Assembly: GCA_963775425.1 (NCBI GenBank)
Contig: CAVZJB010000017.1
Location: 1 to 64,000 of the forward strand
DNA length: 64,000 bases
Reading direction: 5' to 3'
DNA from: an uncultured delta proteobacterium
GTDB taxonomy: Bacteria > Myxococcota > UBA727 > VGSZ01
This document shows, one piece after another, positions 37,769 to 49,646 of this stretch (positions within the stretch are counted from its first letter, which is position 1; each line of letters begins with the position of its first letter). The translations under genes were made by a program, and so were the position numbers. The notes under the pieces are model-generated. The model worked only from the letters and a program-made list of their open reading frames with translations. It was not told where the DNA came from and made no database searches.

Positions 37769-38197
37769 CTACCGGGACCAGGGGCGCACGATGATCATGA
37801 TGACGATGCCGATCATCAGGAGCGTCGGGACCTCGTTGAGCACCCGGAAGACCTTGTGCGGCACCGCGTGCGGCGACTCGATCAGCTTCACGCGGTACCG
37901 CAGCGCGAGGACGTGCATGACGATGAGCCCCGCGACGAGCGTGAGCTTGGCGTGCATCCACGGCTGCGTGAAGTACGCCGTCTGCACCGACAACATGTAG
38001 CCGCCCGTGAGCACGGCGACGATGCCGGCCGGGTTCGTGATGGCGCGCAGGAGCCGGCGCTCCATCACCTGCAGCCGCTCCTGCACCACCTTCTCCGTCT
38101 CCATCGCGTGGTAGACGTAGAGCCGGTAGATGTAGAGCAGGCCGGCCATCCACGAGATGACGGCGACGACGTGAAGCGCCTTTACCCAGAGAAACAC
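37769..38197 (-). CDS. hemJ: Protoporphyrinogen oxidase HemJ
   Basis: WVKALHVVAVISWMAGLLY..RL.VYH, MERRL...I.NPA, W.HAKL, R.LNEVPT. Confidence 0.92.
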   Translation of the reverse strand: MFLWVKALHVVAVISWMAGLLYIYRLYVYHAMETEKVVQERLQVMERRLLRAITNPAGIVAVLTGGYMLSVQTAYFTQPWMHAKLTLVAGLIVMHVLALRYRVKLIESPHAVPHKVFRVLNEVPTLLMIGIVIMIIVRPWSR

Positions 38198-38274
38198 CGC
38201 ACAACTCCGTGTCCTGCGTCGCGCAGCCGCCGATGCGCAGCTCCGCTTTGCGCCGGCTGTCATAGCATGTCCGG

Positions 38275-39699
38275 ATGCGCGCCTCCGCGCTCCTTGTCGC
38301 CGTCGTCGCGTCCGGCGCCCCCGGGTGCACCGACGTCCCGCCCCTCGTCCTCGAGGTGGACCGCGCCACCGTCGCCGCCGACGGCGTCACGCGCGCCGTG
38401 CTCACCGCGCGCGCCCGCGACCCCATCGACGGCGCCGTGGTGCAATTCGAGAGCACCGGGGGCGCGTTGTCGTCGTCGTCGGTGCCGCTGCTCGACGGCG
38501 TGGCCCACGCGGAGCTCATCGCCCCCCTCGAGCGCGAGCTCGGCCGGCGCTCCTCGCGCGCGCTCGAGGTCACGGCGCGCGTCGTCGTTGCAGACGGCGA
38601 CGCCCTCGAGGCCGCCGTCGGCGTCACCGCGGTGCCGCCCGGGGACGGCCCGCCGCTGCTGTTCGTCGACGCCTCTCCACCCGCGGCCGTCGCCGGCGCC
38701 GGCGGCACCGTCGACATCGCCGTGCTGTCCCGGCGGGTGGCGGGAGGGACCGCCCTGTCGGTGACGAGCGTGGGCGCGTCCGTCGGCGACGCCGCCCCGG
38801 TCGTCGACGACGACGGCACCGCGCACACGCGCGTCTCGGTGCCCGACGCGGCCGTCGACGCGCGGGTGACGGTGACCGAGCCGCAAAGCGGCGTGTCCGC
38901 GTCCGTCGTGGTGCGCTTCGTCGCCGCGGGGCAGCCGCTGTACGACCTCACGGGCGCGTTCGTGCAGCTCGGGCCGGCCCGCGTGAAGCTCGCGTCGGGC
39001 GGGCTCACCCCGAACCCGCAGTGCGCGGTGGCGCCGTCGTTGATCCTCGCGCAATTCGTGCAGACCGGGCTCGACGTCGATGCCAGCTACACCACCTGTG
39101 ACGTGACGTTCCCGCCGGTGACGTCGCTCGTCGGCACCATCACCGATCGCGCCACGCCGGAGTTCTACGCGGCCATCCCCGTCGTGCACCAGACGTTCTC
39201 GCTCGACACCGGCGAGCTCGGGGCGCCGTACGCACCGCCGCCGTCGGTGGTGGTGGTGGGCGCCGACCTCGACGACCCGCAGCACGACGACCTCCCCACG
39301 GACGAAGGCGATCCCCGCGTGGTGGACGCCGACGACGACGGCGCGCCGGGCGTCACGGTGCAGAACTCCCTGGGCGGCGATCAGCACATCGTGTTCCGCA
39401 ACATCGGGTCTTCCAAGGGCGCGGTGCTCTCGTCCAACCACATCCTCGGCGACGAGCCCGGCGACCTGCTCGCCACCACCGAGACCAGCGTGTTCGGCAT
39501 CGGCGGTGCGTTCCTCCCCGACACGGCCGCGCTCGGGTCCGTGGTGGAGCTCGTGCGCATCGACGGGCGCTTCGGCGCCGTGGACGCCGACGCCGACGGT
39601 GACGGCGAGATCTCGTGCGCGGAGCTGCTCGATGTCGCCGGCGCCGTCAGCACCATCGAGGCGCCAGAGACGCCGTTCGACTGTGGGAGCGACCGATGA
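38275..39699 (+). CDS. Lipoprotein with Ig-like (invasin/Big-like) modules and an acidic C-domain
   Basis: APGC lipobox-like; VAADGVTRAVLTA..RD; DADDDGAPGVT and DADADGDGEISC Ca-binding-like loops. Confidence 0.7.
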   Translation: MRASALLVAVVASGAPGCTDVPPLVLEVDRATVAADGVTRAVLTARARDPIDGAVVQFESTGGALSSSSVPLLDGVAHAELIAPLERELGRRSSRALEVTARVVVADGDALEAAVGVTAVPPGDGPPLLFVDASPPAAVAGAGGTVDIAVLSRRVAGGTALSVTSVGASVGDAAPVVDDDGTAHTRVSVPDAAVDARVTVTEPQSGVSASVVVRFVAAGQPLYDLTGAFVQLGPARVKLASGGLTPNPQCAVAPSLILAQFVQTGLDVDASYTTCDVTFPPVTSLVGTITDRATPEFYAAIPVVHQTFSLDTGELGAPYAPPPSVVVVGADLDDPQHDDLPTDEGDPRVVDADDDGAPGVTVQNSLGGDQHIVFRNIGSSKGAVLSSNHILGDEPGDLLATTETSVFGIGGAFLPDTAALGSVVELVRIDGRFGAVDADADGDGEISCAELLDVAGAVSTIEAPETPFDCGSDR

Positions 39700-40091
39700 C
39701 GACGCTCGCAGCGTTGCCCGTCGTCACCGCGCGTCGTCGCGGACGAGGCGGCGCGCTCGCGCTGGCGGCGCTGGCGGCGCTGGCGGCGCTGGCGGCGTGC
39801 GCGCCGGCGCCGCGGACGGCCTCGGCCAACCAGCCGCCCGTGCCGGTCCTCGACGTCCCCGCGCAGGCGCACGCCGGCGAGAGCGTGCACGTGTCGGGCG
39901 ACGCCAGCACCGACCTCGACGGCGCGGTCAGCGACGCGTTCGTGCTCTTCGGCGACGGGGGCGACCCCGTCATCGGGTTCTCCGCCGACCACGTCTTCGC
40001 CGCGCCCGGCCTCTACCTCGTCGAGCTGTACGTCGACGACGACAAGGGCGCGACCGCGCGGGCGCGCAGCCGCATCGAGATCCTGCCGTGA
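39696..40091 (+). CDS. PKD-domain lipoprotein
   Basis: LAAC; NQPPVP, STDLDG, FGDG, HVFAAPGLY.V.L.V.DDKG; ATGA overlap. Confidence 0.8.
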   Translation: MTTLAALPVVTARRRGRGGALALAALAALAALAACAPAPRTASANQPPVPVLDVPAQAHAGESVHVSGDASTDLDGAVSDAFVLFGDGGDPVIGFSADHVFAAPGLYLVELYVDDDKGATARARSRIEILP

Positions 40092-40173
40092 CCCCCGCCA
40101 GGCGGCGCCGCTTTACGTGCCGGCCCAGGTCCCCGGCCGCGCTGGTCGGAGCCCCGCGCGTGCCTACGTCTTC

Positions 40174-40503
40174 ATGATGCCGCCGGTGCCGCACTGGGCC
40201 TGGACCGTCGTCGTCGTGGGCTCCGCGCTCATCGGCCTGTACGGCCTCCACCGCGTGCTGTGCTGGCTCGAGGGCCGCGGGTACGTCTACTACCGCAACG
40301 CCCGCGGCGGCGCCGGCGCCGCCCTCGCCGGCCTGGCCGAGTCGTTCCAGCCGCACGCCGCCGCACACGTCGAGGTCCAGCAGGAGCAGGAAGAGCGCCG
40401 CGACGACGACGACGACGACGAGGGCGACGGCAAAGGCGACTCCCCCCGGGTCAGCGCGCCGTCTGGCCGCGCATCTGCCCGGCGAAGGGACCGCGCCCTG
40501 TGA
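40174..40503 (+). CDS. Small single-TM membrane protein
   Basis: Hydrophobic N-terminus, HRVLCWLEGRGYVYYR, acidic tail. Confidence 0.55.
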   Translation: MMPPVPHWAWTVVVVGSALIGLYGLHRVLCWLEGRGYVYYRNARGGAGAALAGLAESFQPHAAAHVEVQQEQEERRDDDDDDEGDGKGDSPRVSAPSGRASARRRDRAL

Positions 40504-41317
40504 GGCACGCGGCGCCGCAGCGCGCGGCGAAGGCGAGCGCGTCGTCGACGGCGAGGCCGCGCGCGAGGGCGAAGGTGAGGCCGGCCGCGAAGGAGTCGCC
40601 GCAGCCGTAGGCGTCGACCGCGGGGCCGGGCAGCGGCGCGGCGGCCCAGCGCCCCGCGACCGCGTCCGCCACGGACGGCGGACGCGCCACGTAGTGGCCG
40701 CCCTGCGCGCCCTCCGTCGACGCCACGAGGCGCGGCGGCGGGACGAGCCGCTCTTGCGGCGGGGGCGGCGAGAGCGGATCGGGCTCGCCGACGTCGGCGG
40801 CGCTGCGCACGACGGCGTCGAGCTCGACGCCGGCCTCGACGAGCGTGGGCAGCACGCGCGCGGTGGCGACGAGCACCCTGGCCTTGCGCGCGCGCCGCAG
40901 CACCTCGGGCGCGCCCGCGGTGAAGTACACGGCGTCGGCGGCCTCGAGCAGCTCCCACGGGAGCGCGTCGCCGGGCTCCGGCTGGTGCCGCTCGCCGATG
41001 ATGGTGATGGTGCGCTCGGCCGCGTCGTCGACGAACACCACGCCGCGCCGCTGCGGCTCCCGGCGCCAGGCGGCCTTCACGTCGACGCCGAAGCGGGCGA
41101 GCCGCCCGGGCACCGCGCGCCCGCGCTCGTCGTCGCCGAGCGCCGTCAGGAGCGTGCACGCGCCCGCGAGCTTGGCGAGCTGCACCGCGGCGACGCCGCC
41201 GCCGCCCGCGGCTTCCTCGAACGCCCCGCGCGCGTGCATGATCTCGCCGGCCCGCGGCAGGCGCGCCACCTGGACGAACTCGATGTGCTCGACATGACCG
41301 ACGACGATTACGCGCAC
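40451..41317 (-). CDS. PfkB family carbohydrate kinase
   Basis: AGGGGVAAVQLAKL, LGDDERG, VDAYGCGDSFAAG. Confidence 0.88.
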   Translation of the reverse strand: MRVIVVGHVEHIEFVQVARLPRAGEIMHARGAFEEAAGGGGVAAVQLAKLAGACTLLTALGDDERGRAVPGRLARFGVDVKAAWRREPQRRGVVFVDDAAERTITIIGERHQPEPGDALPWELLEAADAVYFTAGAPEVLRRARKARVLVATARVLPTLVEAGVELDAVVRSAADVGEPDPLSPPPPQERLVPPPRLVASTEGAQGGHYVARPPSVADAVAGRWAAAPLPGPAVDAYGCGDSFAAGLTFALARGLAVDDALAFAARCGAACLTGRGPFAGQMRGQTAR

Positions 41318-41403
41318 GCGAGCACTGTACGACGCGGCTCGCCCGCCGGCAGCTCGCACCGCGACGAGGACGACGGCGAAGACGCGCGTGCCGGCGCCGC
41401 GGG

Positions 41404-41431
41404 TTGACCGGCGCGGGGGTGGGCGTAGGTT
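41404..41431 (+). promoter_or_regulatory. Candidate sigma70 promoter giving a leaderless pepT-like mRNA
   Basis: TTGACC-16 nt-TAGGTT-6 nt-ATG, no SD. Confidence 0.55.
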
Positions 41432-41437
41432 CCGCCC

Positions 41438-42994
<1,557 letters not shown>

Positions 42995-43058
42995 GCGTGC
43001 GGGTGGCCGCGCGGCTCGTGGCGCGGCGGCTCGTCCGATGACGTCGTCGCGGCGCTCG

Positions 43059-44069
43059 TCAACGCGCCGGCGGCCGCGGGACGATGATCACCGTGGCCTT
43101 GGGATGCGCGATCACCGGGAAGAGACACACGCGATCGGTGCACGCCTGGTAGCGCACGGTGCCGCGCAGCTCGAGGCGATCGGCGGCGGCGGCGGCGGCG
43201 ACGGTGAACGGCACCCGGACCACGAACTTGCCCGCGTAGACGGACACGTTGTCGCCGGCCGTCAGCGCGATCTGCGACGGCGGGTAGAGGGGCTGCTCCA
43301 GCTTCAAGCCGTCCTTGGTGGCGAAGGCGACGTCGAGCGCGAAGTACTCCGGGCGGGAGGGCTCATGCGACATCACGCGGTGCCCCGGCGCGGTCGTGAA
43401 CGTGACCGCGATGACGCCGCTGTCGCCCGGATGCACGGCGGCGCCGGCGTCGACGGCGACGCGCACCGGCTCGCGCTGCGCGCCCGAGCTCGTCAGCTCC
43501 GCGATGCGTGAAGGCGACGGCGACTCCGAGGTCAGGAGGCGCACCCGCCCCTGCGGATCCACCACGGCGGTCTCGCCCGCGTAGCGGCCGGCCTCGCCGT
43601 ACTCCTCGACGCGGACGTCGCTCAGGTGGCGCTCCCACTCCGAGGTGTCCTTGGGCGTGACGACGATGGTGATGACGCCCTGCGGCCGCGTGAGCGACGC
43701 GATCTCATCGAGGTCGCGGGCGACGTCGTTGCACGTGGGGCAATAGCCGGCGGCGAAGTGCAGCACGAGCCAGTGGCCCCGGCGGGGCCCGAGCTTCAGG
43801 TCCCCGAGCGGCAAGGGCTCCGCCGCCGTCCTTCCGCGCGTCACCGACACGGTGCCGGCCACGCCCTCGGGCGTGCCCTGGCCCGCCACCGTCGCCGCCA
43901 GCGAAGGGCCCGCGGTGTCCGCCGACGTCGTGGGACCAGGGCGCGGCAGCGGGCTCGGCGCCTCGGGCGAGCCCGGGGAAGCGCACGATGCCAGGGCCGC
44001 GACGAGCGCGCCCATGACGAGCGGATGCGAGAAGCGGGATGGGCGAGAGGCCACAGCGAGGGACGTCAT
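43059..44069 (-). CDS. Lipoprotein fusing a redoxin (CPTC) to a DsbD N-terminal-like domain
   Basis: LASC lipobox; LHFAAGYCPTC; C-terminal YPP...VYAG...VRYQACTDRVCLFP. Confidence 0.75.
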   Translation of the reverse strand: MTSLAVASRPSRFSHPLVMGALVAALASCASPGSPEAPSPLPRPGPTTSADTAGPSLAATVAGQGTPEGVAGTVSVTRGRTAAEPLPLGDLKLGPRRGHWLVLHFAAGYCPTCNDVARDLDEIASLTRPQGVITIVVTPKDTSEWERHLSDVRVEEYGEAGRYAGETAVVDPQGRVRLLTSESPSPSRIAELTSSGAQREPVRVAVDAGAAVHPGDSGVIAVTFTTAPGHRVMSHEPSRPEYFALDVAFATKDGLKLEQPLYPPSQIALTAGDNVSVYAGKFVVRVPFTVAAAAAADRLELRGTVRYQACTDRVCLFPVIAHPKATVIIVPRPPAR

Positions 44070-44165
44070 GCACGCGTTCCGTGCCAGCGCCGTGCCCGCG
44101 GCTCCCGGGGAGTCCGGCCGGCCGTCGGCGTTGGCAGGTGGCTGAGATGCCGCTAGACGACACCG

Positions 44166-45200
44166 ATGCAGGTGTCCCTTCGCCCACAACAGGGAAGGAA
44201 GGCCGTGGCCGCGTGGCTCTTCGCGTGCGCGGGCTTCGTGCTCGCCATGGTGGTGGTCGGCGGCATCACCCGGCTCACGCGGTCGGGCCTGTCCATCGTC
44301 GAATGGAAGCCCGTCACCGGCGCCCTCCCCCCGCTGTCGCACGCCGACTGGCTCGAGGCCTTCCGCGCCTACCAGCAGTCGCCCGAGGGGCGGCTGGTCA
44401 ACCACGGCATGGACCTCGCGGCCTTCCAGCACATCTTCTTCATCGAGTGGCTGCATCGGCTGCTCGGCCGCGTCACGGGCTTCGTGGTCCTCGTGCCGTT
44501 CGTCTTCTTCGCCGCCACGCGTCGCCTCAGCGGGCGGCGCGCCGTGCGCATCCTCGGCATCTTCGCCCTCGGCGGCGTGCAGGGCTTCCTCGGCTGGTTC
44601 ATGGTGCGCAGCGGCCTCGAGAACGCGCCGCACGTGAGCCCCTACCGCCTGATGATCCACCTGGGGATGGCGCTGTTCATCTTCTCGCTGCTGCTGTGGA
44701 ACGCGTTCGACGAGAGCGCCACCGCGCGCCCCTCTTCGGTTCCTTCTCAGCTCCGGCCCTTCGCGTGGGCCACGCTCGTCGTCGTGGCGCTCACTATCGC
44801 GTGGGGCGCGATGATGGCGGGCCTGCACGCGGGCCTCGTCGCGCCCACGTTCCCGGACATCAACGGCGCCTACATCCCGGACGGCATGTTCCCCGAGCGC
44901 CCGTGGCTCGTGAACCTCGTGCACAACGCGCTCACCGTGCACTTCATCCACCGCGTGCTCGCCGGCTGCGTCGCCCTCGGCACCGCCGTCACCCTCGCCG
45001 CAGCCTTCGTCGGCCGCGCCCCGCCCGCCGCGCGCAAGGCCGCCCTCGCGCTCGCGTGCGCCGTCGTGCTTCAGGTGGTGCTCGGCGCCTTCACCGTGGT
45101 GAACCACGTGCCGGTCACGCTCGCCGCTTTGCACCAGACCAACGGCGCGCTCCTCCTCGGCTGCGCCGTCGCCCTCGTCCACGCCCTCCGCCGCGCGTAG
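44166..45200 (+). CDS. ctaA: Heme A synthase (COX15/CtaA type 2)
   Basis: GGITRLTRSGLSIVEW, EWLHRLLGR, QGFLGWFMV.SGL, VSPYRL..H, HFIHR, LHQ. Confidence 0.93.
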   Translation: MQVSLRPQQGRKAVAAWLFACAGFVLAMVVVGGITRLTRSGLSIVEWKPVTGALPPLSHADWLEAFRAYQQSPEGRLVNHGMDLAAFQHIFFIEWLHRLLGRVTGFVVLVPFVFFAATRRLSGRRAVRILGIFALGGVQGFLGWFMVRSGLENAPHVSPYRLMIHLGMALFIFSLLLWNAFDESATARPSSVPSQLRPFAWATLVVVALTIAWGAMMAGLHAGLVAPTFPDINGAYIPDGMFPERPWLVNLVHNALTVHFIHRVLAGCVALGTAVTLAAAFVGRAPPAARKAALALACAVVLQVVLGAFTVVNHVPVTLAALHQTNGALLLGCAVALVHALRRA

Positions 45201-45236
45201 CGTCGCGTCACGCCGGCATCGTACGGCCGTCGGACG

Positions 45237-45860
45237 TCATGGGCAGGGCATGCCGGCGCTGACCCACGTCGAGAACGCCGCGACGAAGGCGTCGTGCGCG
45301 AGCGGAGGCGTGCTGCGCCTGCCGCCGGGGTGCCAGCCGTGGAGCACCAGCGCGTCTTCGCTCACGTGCCGCAGGAGCGCGGCGCCGTCCTTGCCGCCGT
45401 TTTGCTTTTGGTCGCGGACACCGAGGCACAGGTCGTGCGCGGACTTGCCCTCGAAGATCATCGGGTGCTCCGGCGGCGGCAGCCGCCACACGGGCGCGAC
45501 CGGCGGCGCGCCGGGGACGTCGATGACCGCCGTGGGCGTCACCCGGTGACAGGTGCGGCACGACATGCCCACCTGCTCGAGGCCGCGGCGCACCTCCATC
45601 GGGTGCCGCTCGTGGTGGTCGCCCACCATGGGCGCGTCGCCCCTGGGGTGACAGTTCACGCAGCGCGGCGACTGCAGCACGCGCGCGACGTCGAGGAACG
45701 CCTGCGCCCCGGCGCTGCGCGTGGGCGGCGGCGCGGCTTCGGCGTCTCCCGGCGCGCCGGCGAGCGCCGCCAGCGCCGCGAGCGCCGCGAGGGCCCCGGC
45801 GAAGACGGCGGGCGCGCGCGCCCTTCGATCGGCCACCGGAGGGAGCGGCCGCGCGCTCAC
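45237..45860 (-). CDS. Exported c-type cytochrome associated with IorAB
   Basis: SPRCVNCH and CRTCH heme motifs, W...GMPCP end; overlaps the iorB stop. Confidence 0.85.
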   Translation of the reverse strand: MSARPLPPVADRRARAPAVFAGALAALAALAALAGAPGDAEAAPPPTRSAGAQAFLDVARVLQSPRCVNCHPRGDAPMVGDHHERHPMEVRRGLEQVGMSCRTCHRVTPTAVIDVPGAPPVAPVWRLPPPEHPMIFEGKSAHDLCLGVRDQKQNGGKDGAALLRHVSEDALVLHGWHPGGRRSTPPLAHDAFVAAFSTWVSAGMPCP

Positions 45861-48112
45861 AACGACACCTCCTCGGGCTTGTCTCCGGCGAGCACGAGCG
45901 CGATGTCGGGGCCGAGCGGCAAGCGGCGCAGGCGCACCCCGGTGGCGGCGAAGAAGGCGTTTGCCAGCGCGGGCGCGAGCGGCGGCACGGCGAGCTCGCC
46001 GACGCCGGTGGGGCGGTCGCCGCTCTCGATGATGATGGTCTCGATCTTCGGCGCCGCGGGCATCCGCAGGAGCGGGAAGTCGTGGAAGTTGCTCTGGCGC
46101 ACGCGGCCGCCGTCGAAGTCGATGCGCTGCGACAGCGCCGCGGACAACCCGAAGATGACGCCGGACTCCATCTGCGCCGCGACGAGGTCGGGGTTGACGG
46201 CGACGCCGCAGTCGATGGCGGTGACGACGCGGTGCACGCGCAGCGCGCGCCCGCCAGGGTTGGCGGCGCTGCCGTCGCCGTCGATGGAGATCTCAAGCGC
46301 GTGCGCGCACACGCTGCCGAAGCACGCGTGCTGCGCGATGCCGTAGAAGCGTCCCGGCGCCGGGCCCTTCTCCCAGTCGATGCCCTTGGCCGCCGCTTCG
46401 AGCACCGCGCGGTTTCGCGGCGCGTCCTTCAAGAGCGCGCGCCGGAAGGCGTACGGATCGTGGGCGCCGAGGTGCGCGAGCTCGTCGACGAAGCCCTCGA
46501 CGACGAAGCCGTTGATGGAGTGGCCCACCGAGCGCCACGAGAACACGGGGACGCCGGGCTCGTAGACCGCGATCTCTACCTGCTCGTTCGGCACGGCGTA
46601 CGGCTTGTCCGCCGCGCCCTCCACCGCCGTCGGATCGACGACCTTGCCGTCAACGAAGAGGTCGGCGACGCCGCTCTCGATGATGTCGAGCGCCACTTGC
46701 GGGAGCATCTCGGGCGCGAACGCGCCGATGAGGTCGGCGGCGCCGGGGACGAGCGACTGGCCCGCGATGCGGTGGAACCACGCCACCGGCATGCCGTCTT
46801 CGCCGACGGCGCCGTCGACGAGCGCGAGCGACGCGGGGCGATACGTCGCGAAGCGCACGTCGTCCTCGCGGGACCACTGCACCTTCACGGGCGCGCCCAC
46901 CGCCTTGCTGATGGCGACCGCCTCGCTGATGAAGTCCGCCGCGGCGCGCCGGCCGAAGCCGCCGCCGAGGAACGTGGTGACCACCTCCACGTTGGCGTCG
47001 GGGACGCCGGCGACGCGCGCGGCGATGCCCCTCACGACGGTGGGCGATTGCGTGGGCGCCCACACCCGACAGCGGTCGCCCTGGACCCACGCGGTGGCGT
47101 TCATCGGCTCCATCGGGACGTGCGCGAGGTACGGCACCTCGTACACCGCGCGCACGCGCTTCTTGGCGCCGTCGAGCGCGCGATCCACGCGGCCCTTGGC
47201 GGTGACGATCTTGGCGTCGCGCTTGAGCATCGAGATGTGGCGCCAGCGCAGGCTCTCCGTGGAGAAGCCGGCCATGCTCCCGTCGTCCCACTTCACGTCG
47301 ACGAGCGCCGCGCCCTTCTTGGCGTGCCAGGTGCCGTCTGCGACGACGGCGACGCCCTGGGGGATCTGCACGACGTGCTTCACGCCCGGCGACGCGAGCG
47401 CCTTGTTGGCGTCGAACGACACGAGCCTTCCGCGCAGCACCGGCGAGCGCAGCACCACGGCGGTGAGCAGCCCGGGGAGCTGTACGTCGATGCCGAACAC
47501 GGCGCTGCCGTCGACCTTGGCCGGCCCGTCGAGCCGGCGCACGGACTTGCCGATCACGCCCCACGACGAGCGCTCCTTGAGGGGCACGGAGCCGACGGAC
47601 TCGTCGGCGGCGAGCGCGGCGACGTCGCCGTAGCGGAGCACGCCGAGCTTTGCGTGGTGGAGCGCGCCCGCTTTGGCGGTGACCTCCTCGACGGGGACGC
47701 CCCACTTCCGCGCCGCCGCCTTCTTCAACAGCTCGCGCGTGGTGGCGCCGGCGGTGCGGATGACGTCCCACTGCGAGGTGGTCGACATGGAGCCGCCCGT
47801 GAGCTGCACGCCGTAGGCGCCGAAGTCGACGGGCGCGAACTGCACCTGGATGCGCTCGAGGGGCACCTCGAGCTCCTCGGCGAGCATCTGCGTGTGCGAC
47901 GTGAGCACGCCCTGCCCCATCTCGGCTTGCGTGAGGGCGAACGCGACGCTGTCGTCGGCGCCGATGGACACCCACGCGTTCGGGTGGAACCCGCCCCCGA
48001 GCACCTGCACGCCCTTGGCGTGTCCGCAGCCCTCGACGAGGAACCCGACGGTGAGCCCGCCGCCGGCGGCGGCCATCACCTTCATGAACAATCGACGCGA
48101 CAGGCCGCTCAC
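45857..48112 (-). CDS. iorB: Xanthine dehydrogenase family molybdopterin subunit (isoquinoline 1-oxidoreductase beta-like), Tat signal
   Basis: SRRLF Tat motif, [27 protein letters not shown]...PP.APA.ANA. Confidence 0.92.
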   Translation of the reverse strand: MSGLSRRLFMKVMAAAGGGLTVGFLVEGCGHAKGVQVLGGGFHPNAWVSIGADDSVAFALTQAEMGQGVLTSHTQMLAEELEVPLERIQVQFAPVDFGAYGVQLTGGSMSTTSQWDVIRTAGATTRELLKKAAARKWGVPVEEVTAKAGALHHAKLGVLRYGDVAALAADESVGSVPLKERSSWGVIGKSVRRLDGPAKVDGSAVFGIDVQLPGLLTAVVLRSPVLRGRLVSFDANKALASPGVKHVVQIPQGVAVVADGTWHAKKGAALVDVKWDDGSMAGFSTESLRWRHISMLKRDAKIVTAKGRVDRALDGAKKRVRAVYEVPYLAHVPMEPMNATAWVQGDRCRVWAPTQSPTVVRGIAARVAGVPDANVEVVTTFLGGGFGRRAAADFISEAVAISKAVGAPVKVQWSREDDVRFATYRPASLALVDGAVGEDGMPVAWFHRIAGQSLVPGAADLIGAFAPEMLPQVALDIIESGVADLFVDGKVVDPTAVEGAADKPYAVPNEQVEIAVYEPGVPVFSWRSVGHSINGFVVEGFVDELAHLGAHDPYAFRRALLKDAPRNRAVLEAAAKGIDWEKGPAPGRFYGIAQHACFGSVCAHALEISIDGDGSAANPGGRALRVHRVVTAIDCGVAVNPDLVAAQMESGVIFGLSAALSQRIDFDGGRVRQSNFHDFPLLRMPAAPKIETIIIESGDRPTGVGELAVPPLAPALANAFFAATGVRLRRLPLGPDIALVLAGDKPEEVSL

Positions 48113-48576
48113 CCGGCACCTCCTTCATCGTCGACGACGGAGAGGATCGCCTTCTTGATGCGACCGTACGTCCCGCAGCGGCAGAGGTTGCCGCTCAAGC
48201 AGCGGTCGATGTCGCCCTCGCCGGGGTGCGGGTTGGCGGCGAGCATGGCCGCGGCCGACATGATCTGGCCCGACTGGCAGTAGCCGCACTGGGGCACGTT
48301 TTGATCGATCCAGGCCTGCTGCAGCGGGTGGCGCTTCCCGCCCGGCGCGAGCCCCTCGATGGTGGTGACGCTGTGCCCTGCGACCTCACCGACGGGGAGG
48401 ACGCAGGAGCGCACGGCCTGACCGTCGAGGTGAACGGTGCAAGCGCCGCACAGGGCCATGCCGCAGCCGAACTTGGTGCCCGTGAGCTTCAGCGTGTCGC
48501 GCAGCACCCACAAAAGAGGCGTATCGGGCTCGACGTCGACGGTGGTCGGCTTTCCGTTGAGCGTGAACTGGACCAT
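48109..48576 (-). CDS. iorA: 2x[2Fe-2S] subunit (IorA-like)
   Basis: [33 protein letters not shown]. Confidence 0.93.
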   Translation of the reverse strand: MVQFTLNGKPTTVDVEPDTPLLWVLRDTLKLTGTKFGCGMALCGACTVHLDGQAVRSCVLPVGEVAGHSVTTIEGLAPGGKRHPLQQAWIDQNVPQCGYCQSGQIMSAAAMLAANPHPGEGDIDRCLSGNLCRCGTYGRIKKAILSVVDDEGGAG

Positions 48577-48649
48577 GGCCCCATTGGTAGCACGCCGGCC
48601 CCTCACGCGTGACGCGGCGGCTGGTCCGCCGCTCGTGAGCCAGCGCCGC

Positions 48650-49642
48650 TCAGCGGCCCTCAGCGCTCAAGAGGTCCACGATGGTGACGCCAATCTGGGT
48701 GCCGCCGAACAAGCTCCCCGTGATCCGCCTGTCGAAGCGGCGCTTGGCCAGCGCGTAGCCCTCGTCGGGCAGCGGGACATAGCCGACGTCGGCGACGATG
48801 CGCGCCCCCTGATCGAGGTACGTCCTCACGAACGCCTGCACCTCGGGCCGCTCGGCGGCGCTGCGCTCGACGTAGATGAACAGCGGGCGCGACAGCGGCT
48901 CGTAGGTCGCGTCGCGCACGGTCTCCACGCTCGCGCGTACGCCGTTCACGGCGACGAGCTTGAGGCGCGCCTTGTCGTTCCAGTAGTAGGCGAGGCCGAA
49001 GAACCCGAGCGCGTCCTTGTCGCGCTCGACGCCCTCCACGAGCGCGTCGTCGTCCTCGCTGGAGAAGAAGTCCCCGCGGCTCGAGTGCTCCTCGCCGACG
49101 ATGGCGCGCGTGAAGTAGTCGTAGGTGCCCGAGTCCACGCCCGCGCCATAGAGGTGGACGCGCTCACGCGGCCACCCCGGGCGCACGTCGCTGAAATGGA
49201 GCACCTTGCCCTGCGCCGCCGGCTCCCACAGGGCCTTCAGCTCGTCCACGGTCACGTCGTCGACGAAGTCGTTCTTGGGGTTTACGACGACGGCGATGCC
49301 GTCGAACGCGATGGGCAGCTCGATGAGCTCGACGCCGCGCGCGCGGCACGCCTCCCGCTCGCGCGCGGTGATGGGGCGCGAGGCGTCGCTGATGGCGACG
49401 TCTCCGTTGCACAGCCTGCGGAAGCCACCGGCGCTGCCGGAGATGCCGATGGCGACGTCGAGGTGGCTGCGCCGGGCGACGGCCTGGCTGATGGGGAACA
49501 CCGTGCTCGAGCCGTCGACGGCGATGACGGAGCCGCCGGCGCGGTCACGACACGCCGCGAGGAGAGCCGAGGCCAGGACCGCGGCCAGGAGGGGGACGAG
49601 GAGGGCGCGACGAGCCCGCATCCCCCGGAGATAGCGCTTCAC
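48650..49642 (-). CDS. pstS: Phosphate ABC transporter substrate-binding lipoprotein PstS
   Basis: [42 protein letters not shown]. Confidence 0.93.
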   Translation of the reverse strand: MKRYLRGMRARRALLVPLLAAVLASALLAACRDRAGGSVIAVDGSSTVFPISQAVARRSHLDVAIGISGSAGGFRRLCNGDVAISDASRPITAREREACRARGVELIELPIAFDGIAVVVNPKNDFVDDVTVDELKALWEPAAQGKVLHFSDVRPGWPRERVHLYGAGVDSGTYDYFTRAIVGEEHSSRGDFFSSEDDDALVEGVERDKDALGFFGLAYYWNDKARLKLVAVNGVRASVETVRDATYEPLSRPLFIYVERSAAERPEVQAFVRTYLDQGARIVADVGYVPLPDEGYALAKRRFDRRITGSLFGGTQIGVTIVDLLSAEGR

Positions 49643-49646
49643 GGTG

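Noticed and set aside
40661-40686. 10-bp inverted repeat inside the pfkB gene
   Set aside because: Short GC-rich arms, no second copy noticed; plausible by chance.
44069-44086. TGGCACG upstream of the redoxin lipoprotein as a sigma54 promoter
   Set aside because: The GC of the -12 box is 2 nt too far from the GG; sigma54 spacing is strict.
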